Source of the DNA: Octopus bimaculoides
Taxonomy: Eukaryota
DNA length: 64,000 nt
Reading direction: 5' to 3'
NCBI RefSeq assembly: GCF_001194135.2
Contig: NC_068997.1
Location: 9,074,262 to 9,138,261, forward strand
The notes beneath the pieces were generated by a model. It was not told where the DNA came from. It saw nothing but the letters and a program-made list of their open reading frames with translations, and made no database searches. Both the position numbers and the translations under genes were made by a program. Below, piece after piece: positions 25,943 to 38,740 of this stretch. The stretch's first letter is position 1; each line of letters opens with the position of its first letter.

Positions 25943-26580
25943 ATTGTAGAGTAGGTGTGCAGTGCCAGAACTGGCCAGTTTGAACATAAAACAGACAAAA
26001 CATTTGGGGCTGGATATGGCCAGTTTAAATGCTAAAGGATTAGATACTAAAAGGGGTGCCAAAGATAAGTAACGGAGAATATTAGGGTTAGTAATGAATT
26101 AAATTTGAATCTTTTATCCTTTGCTTGTTTCTTTTTTATAATTCCTATTTCTTATTCTATCAGTCTCTTTTGCCAAACCACTAGGTTATGGGGATATAAG
26201 CACACCAACACCAGTTGTCAAGTGCTGGTGAGTGACAAATGTAAAGACACACATGCACACACACATATACATACANNNNNNNNNNNNNNNNNNNNNNNNN
26301 NNNNNNNNNNNNNNNNNNNNNNNNNNNNNNNNNNNNNNNNNNNNNNNNNNNNNNNNNNNNNNNNNNNNNNNNNNNNNNNNNNNNNNNNNNNNNNNNNNNN
26401 NNNNNNNNNNNNNNNNNNNNNNNNNNNNNNNNNNNNNNNNNNNNNNNNNNNNNNNNNNNNNNNNNNNNNNNNNNNNNNNNNNNNNNNNNNNNNNNNNNNN
26501 NNNNNNNNNNNNNNNNNNNNNNNNNNNNNNNNNNNNNNNNNNNNNNNNNNNNNNNNTGATGATGATGATGATGATGATGA

Positions 26581-26620
<40 letters not shown>

Positions 26621-26952
26621 GTATGTATATGTGTGTGCATGTGTGTCTTTACATTTGTCACTCACCAGCACTTGACAACTGGTGTTGGTGTGCTTATATC
26701 CCCATAACCTAGTGGTTTGGCAAAAGAGACTGATAGAATAAGAAATAGGAATTATAAAAAAGAAACAAGCAAAGGATAAAAGATTCAAATTTAATTCATT
26801 ACTAACCCTAATATTCTCCGTTACTTATCTTTGGCCCCCCCCTTTTAGTATCTAATCCTTTAGCATTTAAACTGGCCATATCCAGCCCCAAATGTTTTGT
26901 CTGTTTTATGTTCAAACTGGCCAGTTCTGGCACTGCACACCTACTCTACAAT
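25943..26952. repeat. ~333-bp near-perfect inverted repeat flanking an N gap
   Basis: 25943-26275 is the reverse complement of about 26620-26952, with one visible difference (ggggtgcc vs ggcccccccc). Confidence 0.9.
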
Positions 26953-26992
26953 GTCACTCTAAAAATATACAACCATATCATATAAATATATA

Positions 26993-27385
26993 GGTGCAGG
27001 AGTAGCTGTGTGGTAAGAAGTTTGCTTCCAAACCTCATGGTTCTGGGTTCAGTCCTACTGTGTAGCACCTTGGGCAAGTGTCTTCTATTATAGCCTTGTG
27101 AGTGGATTTGGTAGATGGAAATTGAAAGAAGCCTGCCATTGTGTGTGTGTGTGTGTGTGTGTGTGTTTATGTGTCTTTGTTTCTCCCCACCGTCACCACC
27201 ACTTGACAACTGGTGTTGGTCTGGTTACATCCCATAACTTAGCAGTTCGGCAAAAGGGCCTGACGGAATAAGTACAAAGTTTAAAAACAAAATAACTACT
27301 GGGGTTGATTAGCTTTACTAAAATTCTTGAAGGTGGTGCCCCAGTATGGCCACACTGTCTAATGACTGAAACAAGTAAAAGATAA
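26993..27385 (+). mobile_element. SINE family C, full length
   Basis: tRNA head, CORE-like block, (GT)n spacer, 3' half ending gactgaaacaagtaaaag. Confidence 0.8.
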
Positions 27386-27711
27386 ACATTATAAAATTTG
27401 AGAACAGAGGAAAATTTATTGTAATTCCCATATGCTGTCAGAAATTAGCTTTAGAGTAAAATCCAGTAGTAACAAAAATTCTTAAGAGGAAGCAACTGCA
27501 GATATTACAAGACATACAAGGAACAACGAATCTGTATAAACTAATTAGATGTATTCATAAACATGAATAAAAAAACATTAAAAAATTATCTCAAAAATAT
27601 TCTCATACAAAAAGTCACAAAAGTATTTTTTTCCTTTGTAAGGTGTGGTTATGCGTGCATATAATATAATATATGTGTGTGTGTGTGTGTGTGTATTTTT
27701 GTATGTATATA

Positions 27712-27767
<56 letters not shown>

Positions 27768-28323
27768 TGGAGTAATATGGAGTGTGAGAAAAATCTTTAG
27801 TCACTTGATTCACACCAGAAAATTTAATTTATTAGTTGATATGATAATTATAATATTTCACATGAATATTTCTGTAGAAATACTTGGGTCTATTTAATCT
27901 AAAATTACATAGTTGTATTTTGACAATCCAGTGCCACCATTGCAAGCATTGTTGCTGTGACAATTATTGTTCTTAAGACCTAATTCCTTACAGTTGATAA
28001 CCAGTTGATAATTATACAGCAGAATTAATAAATGTATAACTGTAGTTCATCACAGAGACATCACCAAAGAAAGGTACTTGATGGTACTGGATGGTATTGC
28101 CTGCACCTTGCTTTTCAATGGTGCATCCTCAAAAATGCCCAAATATGTTACGTGGAAGATTTATCTTACATCTCATTTCAAAGTGATCTGAACGAAATTG
28201 GAACACACACACACACACTCTCACTCTCTCTCAGGATTGGTTGATGAAATAAATGTCTGTAGAGCTCATGTCAACACACAAATATGTTTGTCAGTAAGTT
28301 GTAGTCATGTATGAATGCTTATT

Positions 28324-28376
<53 letters not shown>

Positions 28377-28424
28377 TGTGCATATATATATATAAAATAC
28401 ACATTAAGTACAGGACATCACCAA

Positions 28425-28997
28425 AGAGTGAAAAATACGTAAATACACGAGAGAACAGTCGACGACAAAATACCAAAAGAAGATAACTTGCTCATCAGTT
28501 GTTGACTCTTTATTGCTACCCATTTCATGGTTTTAATGACAAGATAGGAAACCTTCATAAAACAGCAGCATCCAGAAATTTAAAAGATATAAAATTTGTG
28601 GCGAGTTAGAGCTTTGAACAAACGAAAGACAGAATGGACATACAGAGTAAACAATTAACGAAGACAAACATTAAGGGCTATTAGGCCAAGATGAATGGTA
28701 ATGGGTAACACCTGGGAGGAATTTTGAAAGGATATAGAATAAACAGAATAAAAGAAAATAGTAGAAAAGAAAAAAAGGTGTTGAGAGGCAACGGAAGAGG
28801 GGAATGACATCCAGCTAGATGAATGTCGCATCCAAAAAAGACAGAGTGAAAAATACATAAACACATGAAAGAAAAGTACAGGAAAAAATACCAAAAGAAG
28901 ATAACTCACTCATCAGTTTTGGACTGTTTATTGCTACCCATTTCATGCTTTTAACGACAAGATAGGAAGACTTCATAAGACAGCAGCATCCAGAAAT
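28425..28997 (-). mobile_element. Two diverged 155-bp direct repeats 418 bp apart (Penelope-like pLTR arrangement)
   Basis: 28425-28579 vs 28843-28997 align by eye; flanked by microsatellites. Class assignment is inference. Confidence 0.5.
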
Positions 28998-30069
28998 GTT
29001 TATATATATATACACACACACACACATACATGTATATATANNNNNNNNNNNNNNNNNNNNNNNNNNNNNNNNNNNNNNNNNNNNNNNNNNNNNNNNNNNN
29101 NNNNNNNNNNNNNNNNNNNNNNNNNNNNNNNNNNNNNNNNNNNNNNNNNNNNNNNNNNNNNNNNNNNNNNNNNNNNNNNNNNNNNNNNNNNNNNNNNNNN
29201 NNNNNNNNNNNNNNNNNNNNNNNNNNNNNNNNNNNNNNNNNNNNNNNNNNNNNNNNNNNNNNNNNNNNNNNNNNNNNNNNNNNNNNNNNNNNNNNNNNNN
29301 NNNNNNNNNNNNNNNNNNNNNNNNNNNNNNNNNNNNNNNNNNNNNNNNNNNNNNNNNNNNNNNNNNNNNNNNNNNNNNNNNNNNNNNNNNNNNNNNNNNN
29401 NNNNNNNNNNNNNNNNNNNNNNNNNNNNNNNNNNNNNNNNNNNNNNNNNNNNNNNNNNNNNNNNNNNNNNNNNNNNNNNNNNNNNNNNNNNNNNNNNNNN
29501 NNNNNNNNNNNNNNNNNNNNNNNNNNNNNNNNNNNNNNNNNNNNNNNNNNNNNNNNNNNNNNNNNNNNNNNNNNNNNNNNNNNNNNNNNNNNNNNNNNNN
29601 NNNNNNNNNNATATATATATATATATATATATAATGTATGTATGTATGTCTACATATATATGTTTGTGTGTCTGTGTTTGTCCCCCCACCATCACTTGAC
29701 AACTGCTGTTGGTGTGTTTACCTCCCTGTAACTTAGCGGTTTGGCAAAAGAGACCAATAGAATAAGTACTAGGCTTACAAACAATAAGTCCTGGGGTTGA
29801 TTTGTTTGACTTAAGGTGGTGTTCCAGCATGGCCGCAGTCAAATGACTGAAACAACTGGAAGAGTATATTTTCTGTTTATTTAAATTTAAATTTGATTCT
29901 TGATAAATTTTTGCTCATTCAGTATTACTTGTACTGTATGAGCACAGTGTGCTTGCATTTCCAGGCACAGTTAAATGATACCAGTTGTAAGAATGGATAT
30001 TCTTACCCTTACAAGGTTATTCCAACTGCTAACTATGCTTACCTTATATATATGGCCGTTGATCATTAC

Positions 30070-30511
30070 CTTTCGTGGCCGTTGATCGTTACCAACGTCA
30101 CCTCCCTGGCACGTGGAAAGACATTCGAGTGAAATCGTTGCCAGTGCCAATGGACTGGCTCCTGTGCAGGTGACACGTAAAATACACCATTTTGATCATG
30201 GCCGTTGCCAGTAAGACGTTCGAGCGAGATCGTTGCCAGTGCCGATGGACTGGCTCCTGTGCAAGTGGCATGTAAAATACACCATTTCGAGTGTGGCCAT
30301 CGGCAGTACTGCCTGACTGGCTCTCGTGCCGGTGGCACGTAAAAACACCCACTACACTCTCAGAGTGGTTGGCGTTAGGAAGGGCATCCAGCTGTAGAAA
30401 CTCTGCCAAATCAGATTGGAGCCTGGTGTCACCTCCTGGTCCACCGGCCCTCAGTCAAATCGTCCAACCCATGCTAGCATGGAAAGCGGACGTTAAACGA
30501 CGATGATGATG

Positions 30512-30512
<1 letters not shown>
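30070..30512 (+). mobile_element. Family A (RTE 3' UTR) copy, different unit subfamily
   Basis: Same core and tail, but units read gccagtgcc(a/g)atggactggctcctgtgca with a different order. Confidence 0.85.
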
Positions 30513-30549
<37 letters not shown>

Positions 30550-30845
30550 GGCATTTTTCAGTGTCTGGCTACCAGATCCACTCACAAGACTTTGGTCAGC
30601 CTGAGGCCATGGTAGAAGACATTTGCCCAAGGTGCCATGCAGCGAGACTGAACATGGAACCATGTGGCTGGGGAACAAAGTTCTTACCACACATAAACCT
30701 GTCAAACATAACAATATATATATACAACATCATCAATTTCACTAACTCCTTTGTCACCAATGTTTTACTGGTTCTCCCATGAGAAAAAGAACTGACGGCA
30801 AAACTAAATCCACATCAAATGTTAAGTTCTTTTTCTTTTATTTTG

Positions 30846-30956
30846 AAAGGTGTGGCACATTGTAAAGACGTAGGAACATAAAGGTGTGGCACATTGTAAA
30901 GACGTAGGAACATAAAGGTGTGGCACATTGTAAAGACGTAGGAACATAAAGGTGTG
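30846..30956. repeat. Perfect 34-bp tandem repeat, 3.3 copies
   Basis: aaaggtgtggcacattgtaaagacgtaggaacat starts at 30846, 30880 and 30914, partial at 30948. Confidence 0.97.
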
Positions 30957-31794
30957 TTCAATAAATGAGATAAATATTTGGACATAGCTCTGTATAGAAT
31001 TTTGGAATGAAAGCATATTGTATGGGTTAACAATGACAACAATGAAAAAAGCTGTTATAAACATTTACCTAAGTAAATAGCAAGTTCCATTCTTAATCTT
31101 TTAAAATTATACTGGTAACCAAAATATGATTAAATATATATATATATAGAATGGTTAGCACGTAAAAGCACCCACTACACTCTCGGAGTGGTTGGCGTTA
31201 GGAAGGGCATCCAGCTGTAGAAACTCTGCCAAATCAGATTGGAGCCTGGTGTAGCCATCTGGTTTCACCAGTCNNNNNNNNNNAAATCAGATTGGAGCCT
31301 GGTGTAGCCATCTGGTTTCACCAGTCTTCAGTCAAATCGTTCAACCCATGCTAGCATGGAAAGCGGACGTTAAACGATGATGATGATATATATATTATAT
31401 ATGTATGTTGATGCAAACAAGAAAAATAGACTTCAAACTATGAGTATATGTATATTTTTATAAATATTTAACTGAATTAACAGAGTTACTAAAAGGTTCG
31501 AGGAATTCCAACCACGTTTCGTGGTTCGTTACCTCAACAGCTCCTTTATAGGATCCAGTGGCTAAGGACATCATTAGGAGGAATCATGTCCCGGTTTCGG
31601 CCCCTACTCCTCTATCGTTTTCAACGTCGTGCTCACCCCCCCCCCCACCTTTCGGAGGTATTTTCAGCGCTGGTGTCCAGTGCGTTTTTTGCCTTTTTCT
31701 TTGGTTTCTTCGATGCAGCGTTAACGAATGTCAGTGGAGGGTGACCACCCTGCCAAATTTCTCTTTAAATACTTGCTGGTAGGCTCCGGCTAAC

Positions 31795-31806
31795 TGTCAC
31801 GTGACA
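31795..31806. promoter_or_regulatory. 12-bp palindrome TGTCACGTGACA (CLEAR-type E-box) in a CpG-rich islet
   Basis: Contains GTCACGTGAC; function is inference. Confidence 0.35.
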
Positions 31807-32682
31807 TGTTCATATTAAACTTTAAACTCCCCATCATCACTATATATGCAAGAAACTGTTCTTAAGACTGCCACATTCAGTTGGCTTATAAACATTACTA
31901 TGTTCTTATATTCAAGTGTTAAATAACGGAGAAGTCAGTTTACTCAATTTTCTAAGTTACAGCATCCACAAAATTGAGTAAACTTAAACAAAAGGGTATT
32001 TTGGTGATGGGAAACCAAAACGTTTGCTTCCAATAAACAAATTTTAGTGGAATCATTGAGGAAAGTTGGTGTATTTAATGATTTCTTTTTGTAGCTTGTT
32101 TTTATTCCTGAGTTGATTCCATTATCGTGCTAATGATATAAATTTAACTTCTAACTGACGTTTTCTTTTCTCGTGATTCTATATACGAACAGGTCATGAA
32201 ACTGTTTTTCTAAATTAGTAACAGGAATTGGTATTCCTTAAGCCCTATTTTTAAATAAAAGATCTACTTCTTTAAAGTGGCCCAATTTAACACATGGAAT
32301 AGATTATATCGAGTCCCACCTCGGCGGGATCTGAACTAAGAAAGTTTTTAAAAATCCCGCAAGCTTACATACATCCAAACAATTTTATCTAAACACAAGA
32401 CCACATTTAATGTATATGGAAAAATTATTTTCAAACAAGCAGCTATGGAGAAGTTTTTTTTGAAAATCATCCCAATGCACAAAAAACCCCACCAGATTCA
32501 TATATATTCGTAGTTTGTTGTATTCATTATTGGAATTAATTAAACAAGAAAAACTGGTTAAAAACTTGCATCAAAACTTCCCAAACTTCAAGTATTGTTT
32601 TAAGAGTATACAGTATCACAACTTTAGAAAACTCAAGTGTGTGTTGAAGATTGTTCTTCTAGTTTCAGTTTAACTTACATTA

Positions 32683-32760
32683 GGAGTTACGCAAGTCAGC
32701 TTTCTTGGACCAATGCTTTTTGTAATTTATTGTATTTGGTGACATAAACGACGTAATTAA
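32683..32760 (+). mobile_element. Old CR1/L2/Jockey-type RT remnant
   Basis: GVTQVSFLGPMLFVIY...INDV, compare consensus GVPQGSVLGPxLFxIYINDL. Confidence 0.6.
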
Positions 32761-35016
32761 AAAGGTCTCAAAAGAAAAAAGAATAAAGAAAAAATTACTT
32801 CGTGTTCTATGGGCGAAATTGGGCTTGAATGGGCTAATTTTATCCTTGAAAGCACTCAAAGCATTTTTACCTAAAGGCTGTATCTAATATACTTGTTCAT
32901 AAAAGACTTATGAAAGGTAATTCGCTTTTCTTCTTTAAAAAGGTACGTTGATAATGAAGACAAATCTAGCCAGCAATTATCTAATTTTTTATTTCTTGTG
33001 GAGTTGAAAGAAATGCAGCTGTCACTCGCTATTCAAGAATGTTCGGTTTAGAAAATTTTAATACCAAAATACTCCTTGAATGGGACCGAAATTCCTAAAG
33101 TTTCAAATTATCTCCGACCAGAGAACTATGCTCATGTTGCTTCCAAAAGTTTTTTAATAAAACATTTAATCTGAAAGATTTTTCATTCAGAAACTTTTTG
33201 TTGAAAATATTTAAAACTATGTCCACCCTCAAACTGATTATGCCGTAGAAATTATCTGCTGGGATCCTTCTGAAAATATATTGACCATGTGTGGGAGTAA
33301 AGTTATCTTGAACTTATCGATTTTTTCGGCAGAGTCTTGGAATAGATTTCGCTACATTATGGGGAAGAAAAATGGCAAGGGATTGAAGTATTTTCCTCGC
33401 CTTCTTTATCTATTAGTATTCCTCTATTTCATACAACAGAAATTACGATTCTGCACAATTTTGGTTTTCCATTTTTGCTCCCCCAAATCTGTGACTTTTT
33501 CCTTCATCATAAGGTTAATCATAGTTATTGTAAAACTCCACCAACATCTTTTTCTTTGGCCTAAAAAATTCTTTTTTAAAACTTGAGTCTCTTAAATTTA
33601 GTGAATAATTCTTTAAACAATTTTTCATAACTGCAAATTCTAATACAAAATATCATTCCAAAGATTTTTGTTGAACGTCTTAATTCCATACTTATTTTTA
33701 CAAATACAATAGACCTAATATGAACAAAACTATTAGATCATCTGGAAAAGGAAAATGTTTTCAAGTATTTTCGATTCGGATTTAGATAATAGTACAACTC
33801 TTAGGAATTTTCTTAAGGTAGGGCTCGATTAGTACAAATATTGGTCATGCCTTTCCTTTTGCTGTTTTTAAATAACATGTTAAAATTATAGTCAATTAAA
33901 ATCCAATTTAATTTCACTGGTTTCAGGCAGTAAAATAATATTTATTGAAATGGAATTGTTGTTTATTAATTCTTATGTTTATTTTATTTTGTTTGAAATT
34001 TCCTATTGTGATTATTTCATCATGCATAATAATTTTCAAAGTAAATAAACTTATCTTCTCACGTATTTGATTAATTAAAAAATTCAGTGAAACACTTGGG
34101 TAATGTTTCAATCGTAATATACTTATGAAGGAAAACAAAGGTTATACCAGTAAATGTCGACGAACTGAAAATTAATACAACTTTGATGGAATCAGAATAA
34201 AAGACAGACTGATCGTGGAATAACAAAAAGATAATGCATAAATGAAGTCTATGGGTCGAGAATAATACGCTCGGACCTTTCGACAGCTCCTTATATGAGA
34301 CAATACTGGCTGCTTAATTATTACCATTGTGAGGATTTAGTGTAGATGAATGAAGTCAGATTTTACCGTATCTGACCTTTCAAGTCATCGCTATATTAAC
34401 AACGTGGCTGAAAGAAAACACCGTACCAAGTTAGATTTAAAGTAACTAAGGTAGTTCCATGTTTAATGCCACAGCAAAGACTTCTTTCTCGTCACTGAGA
34501 CATTCTATCTCATTGACGAATTACCAATCTTATATCTAGTGGTATAATGCACTCTAAGACTAGCGAATTCTAATGCAACTGTCATCTAAGAGTGCATGTA
34601 AATTTTGATACTAATAAGCAATTTTCTTTTTCAAGCACCTAAAGTATTCTGAAATAACATTCACTGTAATATTAAACATAAGATTGAAAGAAGTTGAAAG
34701 TGTGTCCTTAAAACTAACAAAAACAACAAACAAAAACAAGGTAATTAGCGCGAAATTTAAGTTGGAGGAAAAAATGAAAATTGAAATTTCAAAGAATTTT
34801 TCTAGAAGCAAATCCATAAATAAAGAGAGGAAATAAAGATGATTAGTTCCAGGCTTAAAATAGCTGACCAAAAACTAGGCCCTGAAATATTTTGGGAAAC
34901 TCCTTACTGTTATTCGGTCTGAATTTAATGTTTCATATTAACATATCTTACAAGTTTCAAACATGTATAGGCGCAGATAAGTTGACAACATGTGAAGTAA
35001 ATAAATGAATACTTAC

Positions 35017-35219
35017 TTTCGTCCAAACCGATCGACAGCTTGGATAAAGAAATACCGCACTGGTAATGTGGCATTTGCTCTTAAACCAATTCCCCAGACT
35101 AACGTCTTGTTTCTGTCTACATTTGTTTTCGAAACGGCATCGACACATAACCAGTATGAATTAAAAATAGCGAGGAAACAAGACAGAAAAATCTTGAAAT
35201 AAAATATTTTCCCGATCAT
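35017..35219 (-). CDS. KDELC1: KDELC1/POGLUT2-3-like protein O-glucosyltransferase, exon 1 (signal peptide + start of filamin domain)
   Basis: ATG at 35219; MIGKIFYFKIFLSCFLAIFNSYWLC...LVWGIGLRANATLPVRYFFIQAVDRFGR resembles human KDELC1 [23 protein letters not shown]; donor AA|GTAAGT; 203 nt, ends phase 2. Confidence 0.92.
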
Positions 35220-36599
35220 TACTTTGGTTTGTTGTCTCTTATGCTCTACAAGTAGATGTTGTCAGAGAGAGGGGCATCGCCGAGAATGAACGGTACTTTG
35301 TTTTCTTAACTGTCACATAGCTGCTTTATAAGTTAGAGCAAGTGGTTTGTTTATTTTTACTTTTATTTTGTGGTGGGTGTGGAGAAAAGTATCGACAATT
35401 ACGTAAACTATCCAAGTCGTGATAAACTTTTATTTTCATGTCCAATCAACATTACGGTGGTTTAAGCTCCACCTTTACAATAAAACTACAACAAACCAAC
35501 ACGGTAGTCCCCCACAAAGTCACACGTGTTAGAAATAGCAGCTCAGTCACCCACAAATCACATCCTACCGGTCTTCGAAAAGAAAGACACATCGATTAAT
35601 GCTGTCGAAGATAAAAGGAAGACACATTAAATTAATATGGTCCTAGACAAAAGAAACACATTAATTCATATGGTCCAAGATATACTGTCTGAAAATCCTG
35701 AAAATAAAAGCTGGGATGGATGGTTGGAACGTCGTTAATCACAGGTCTTCCTAAACAGGATTGACCTGGGGTTAAACAACGGCAGTAACAAAAACAATCC
35801 GAAATATAGATCGCAATACGGCACAACTCTACGCTTCATATTTCTATTCATAATGTGCAGTCCGTATTGTGATAAAACAAATGAGGATTATAATAGAAGT
35901 AATCTGAGGTATTCAGAGTAATTTGTGTTAAGAATGAATTAATTAATGATTAATTAAGTTATTACTATATAATTTTGAAGGAAACAAAAAGGAAACATTT
36001 CTAATTTCACAATGAGAGAGAAAAAAAAACGAGTAGATTTTTATGAAGATATTTTATTGAATATAGGAAATGTCTTTTTTTCTATTAATGCGTCAAGATC
36101 TTTTTTAAAAAGTATGTATAAATTTAGCCCCTTTTTAAAAAGATTTCTGTCAAATAACTGAAATAATCTGTAATAGGCTACAACGAAGAGAATAACTGTT
36201 TTTCACGTTAAATGTAGTTTTTTTTTTTTTTTTGCCTATATTATTAATTGGTAAATATATAAATGAAACGATGCTTGAAAACAATCTGTAATGAAGATGA
36301 ACAGAAAGGAAGATGTATAATTGGTGAACTGAAATGATAAAAAGTAGCAGAGGAAGGATTTCTGTAAAATGACTGTAATTGATGTATAACAAGACTAATT
36401 GTTTTCCACAATAAATGGTTGTTGTTTTTTTTTGTTTTTTTTATTTTTACTTATCAATGTCGTTAATTGATAAATATAAATAAAACGATGCTTGAAAACA
36501 ATCAGTAATGAATAGAGAGGAAGCACTATAACTAATACAATTAAAAAAAAAAATGGGGAGGGGGGGGGTAAAGCAATGTAAAGCGAAAGAAGCAACGTC

Positions 36600-36872
36600 A
36601 GATGCGGCGGTCGGTGCGACTCGGATGAAACGTTTTAACGAGGTTGAATGATGAAAGGTTGAACGGAGCGAAAGACGAGACACGCGCAGAGGGGAGAGTA
36701 GTAGACTAGTGGAAGAGCTGACATGCGCAATGTTGGCTTCACTCTCGTGGGTTATCGTTTCCCGACGCCATTATCGCCGATTCCCTTTTCCTCGAGACGC
36801 AAGACGTGATTTGGCTGAAACATTTGACTCTCGTAGCGCCAAACTGTGCAGACGTCCTATTTTAGTGTAAGT
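36600..36872. promoter_or_regulatory. CpG-rich putative (bidirectional) promoter and probable non-coding first exon of BANP
   Basis: Local CpG/GC enrichment; YY1-like CGCCATT (~36765); NRF1-like CATGCGCA (~36722); strong donor AGT|GTAAGT at 36867; in-frame stop upstream if spliced directly to 46411. Confidence 0.6.
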
Positions 36873-38740
36873 TCTGTTTTGAATTGTTACTTGAAGGATT
36901 TTGGTCGCCCAGGCACCTTTCTTAGTATCACTTTCCAAAGCCATTTGTCCTCCAAGTGCGGCATGAGGATTCAATAATCTGCTCGATGCACCAATTTCAA
37001 TACAATTTTCATATATTGACAAAAACAAAAATGATCCATCAACTTAATCCCTTAACTACTTCGAATTGCAGGGTCAGCTTAGTTCTGATGCCTCCATATA
37101 ATATAACATTATTGCAGGCACGCTGAGAATAAGAGCGAATAATAACGTTTAATGATGTCGGTTATGAAATACGAGGAAGCTTTCCGTTGAAGCTACCACC
37201 AACCTGAGTGCCATCTTTCTACGTAGTGCTGCTCCCTCATTTTGTGACCACTTTCTTATTTCTTTACTTCATCACCACCAAACCAACACGCATGTTTTCG
37301 GTTTTAATTTGTCATCGTCTGCTACACATATCTGTCTCCTTCATCACAGGAATCTCTCACAAGTTATTTCTATAGATTTGTGTATTTATTAATACATATA
37401 AAATATGGTCTCTATTCCGATTTCCTGATAACATCTCACTACCCTCTTGGTTACTTTTCCGGAAATAACTTTACTTGCCATGGCATGCGTAACTTTTATT
37501 TACTTCACATATTTTTTTGAAACAGAATAAACTATATTTTTCAACGTTTCATAATTCTTATTCAATCAACTCCCCACTAAAAAGAGTGAGAGAGAGAGAG
37601 AGCTTTTATCTCCATTGATAAACAGAGTTTATTAATGTTGATCGGGCAATAATCTACTCCCTTGTTTTGTGCTCATTTTAGATGTCGAGAGAATGTTTTT
37701 TTTTTTTACAAAGGTCATTAAAAATATTACAAAATAACTAAATTCCAAACTAATTAGAACCTGTGACCATAAAATAGATCTTTCTGAAATAAGAATGGTG
37801 TAAAATGCCCGCATAACTGTAAAGAGCCAGTTTCCTTCCGGTTAAGAAGTTTCTCTAAAACAATGGAATGTTGTCTTTGGTTTATCATCACGTTTGTTTA
37901 TCCAAAAGTTACATTTCATATTGCATGGGCATATCACAGTTTATTTGGTAAATCAGCTTTTTAAATCCACATTTTATTTTTGTAGCTTCTTAGTTAAATA
38001 GTTAATAACTACCAAAGCAACAACAGCAAAAAAAAAAAACATTGATTTTTCAAGAACATTCTAATTCAATCGGTGTTTCATCTCTTAGTTTATAGTTTAT
38101 CTGACCTTACTAGGCGAGTGTTCAATTTATTTGGCAATATAACAAATATTTTATATATTGTACTTTAGCTAGCCTCGCATTTTCATGCATTTTAGTGCTT
38201 TGGTGAGATTGACATAACCAAATAGCTGAGAACCTTATCAGCTGTTGCTCACCATCAAATGATGAGGATGTTATTAAAACTCTGTGTAAAAATATATCTG
38301 AAATGCATATCTTTGGTGAATCATTTTTTTTAAAACCAAATTTTGTAATAAAATTTACTGACAAGATAAATTAGATATCAGGGATTCTCATTAATTAAGG
38401 TCATTCATTACTATAAGGATGGATATGTTAGTCTTTTCTCAGTGAGCAAAAAGATAAGACTAAAAAATGTATAACTTTAATAGTAGGAACAATGCAGAAA
38501 CTGAGGGGTCATAGGGAGCAAGAAACATTTAGAAGAATTAAAGATTTCTCAGATACATTTTCTCAAATGAAAGTATATGAAAAAAGGATCATGTAAGGTC
38601 ACAATAGATGTAAATGAAGGGGAGTCTTTGGATACTTTGGTAGCGATACATATATCTTCGGATCTAAAGTTAGATCATAATATGGACATTGGTTATTAAA
38701 TATAGTGTAGCAAACAAGTTACTAAACATACAGTTGTACC

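Noticed and set aside
26105-29842. Long ORFs of 145-295 aa in the ORF track (also 61830-62697)
   Set aside because: They run through N gaps and (TA)n/(GT)n tracts.
30846-30956. CRISPR-like repeat length (34 bp)
   Set aside because: No spacers, no cas genes, eukaryotic intron.
31231-31326. Exact 43-bp direct duplication either side of a 10-N gap
   Set aside because: Same scaffolding artefact, inside a family A copy.
31505-31545. Hammerhead-like ctgttgag...cgaaacgtg on the minus strand
   Set aside because: The triplet would be GUG and no stem I partner exists.
36735-36840. Full BANP motif TCTCGCGAGA in its own promoter
   Set aside because: Only TCTCG half-sites are present; no complete palindrome.
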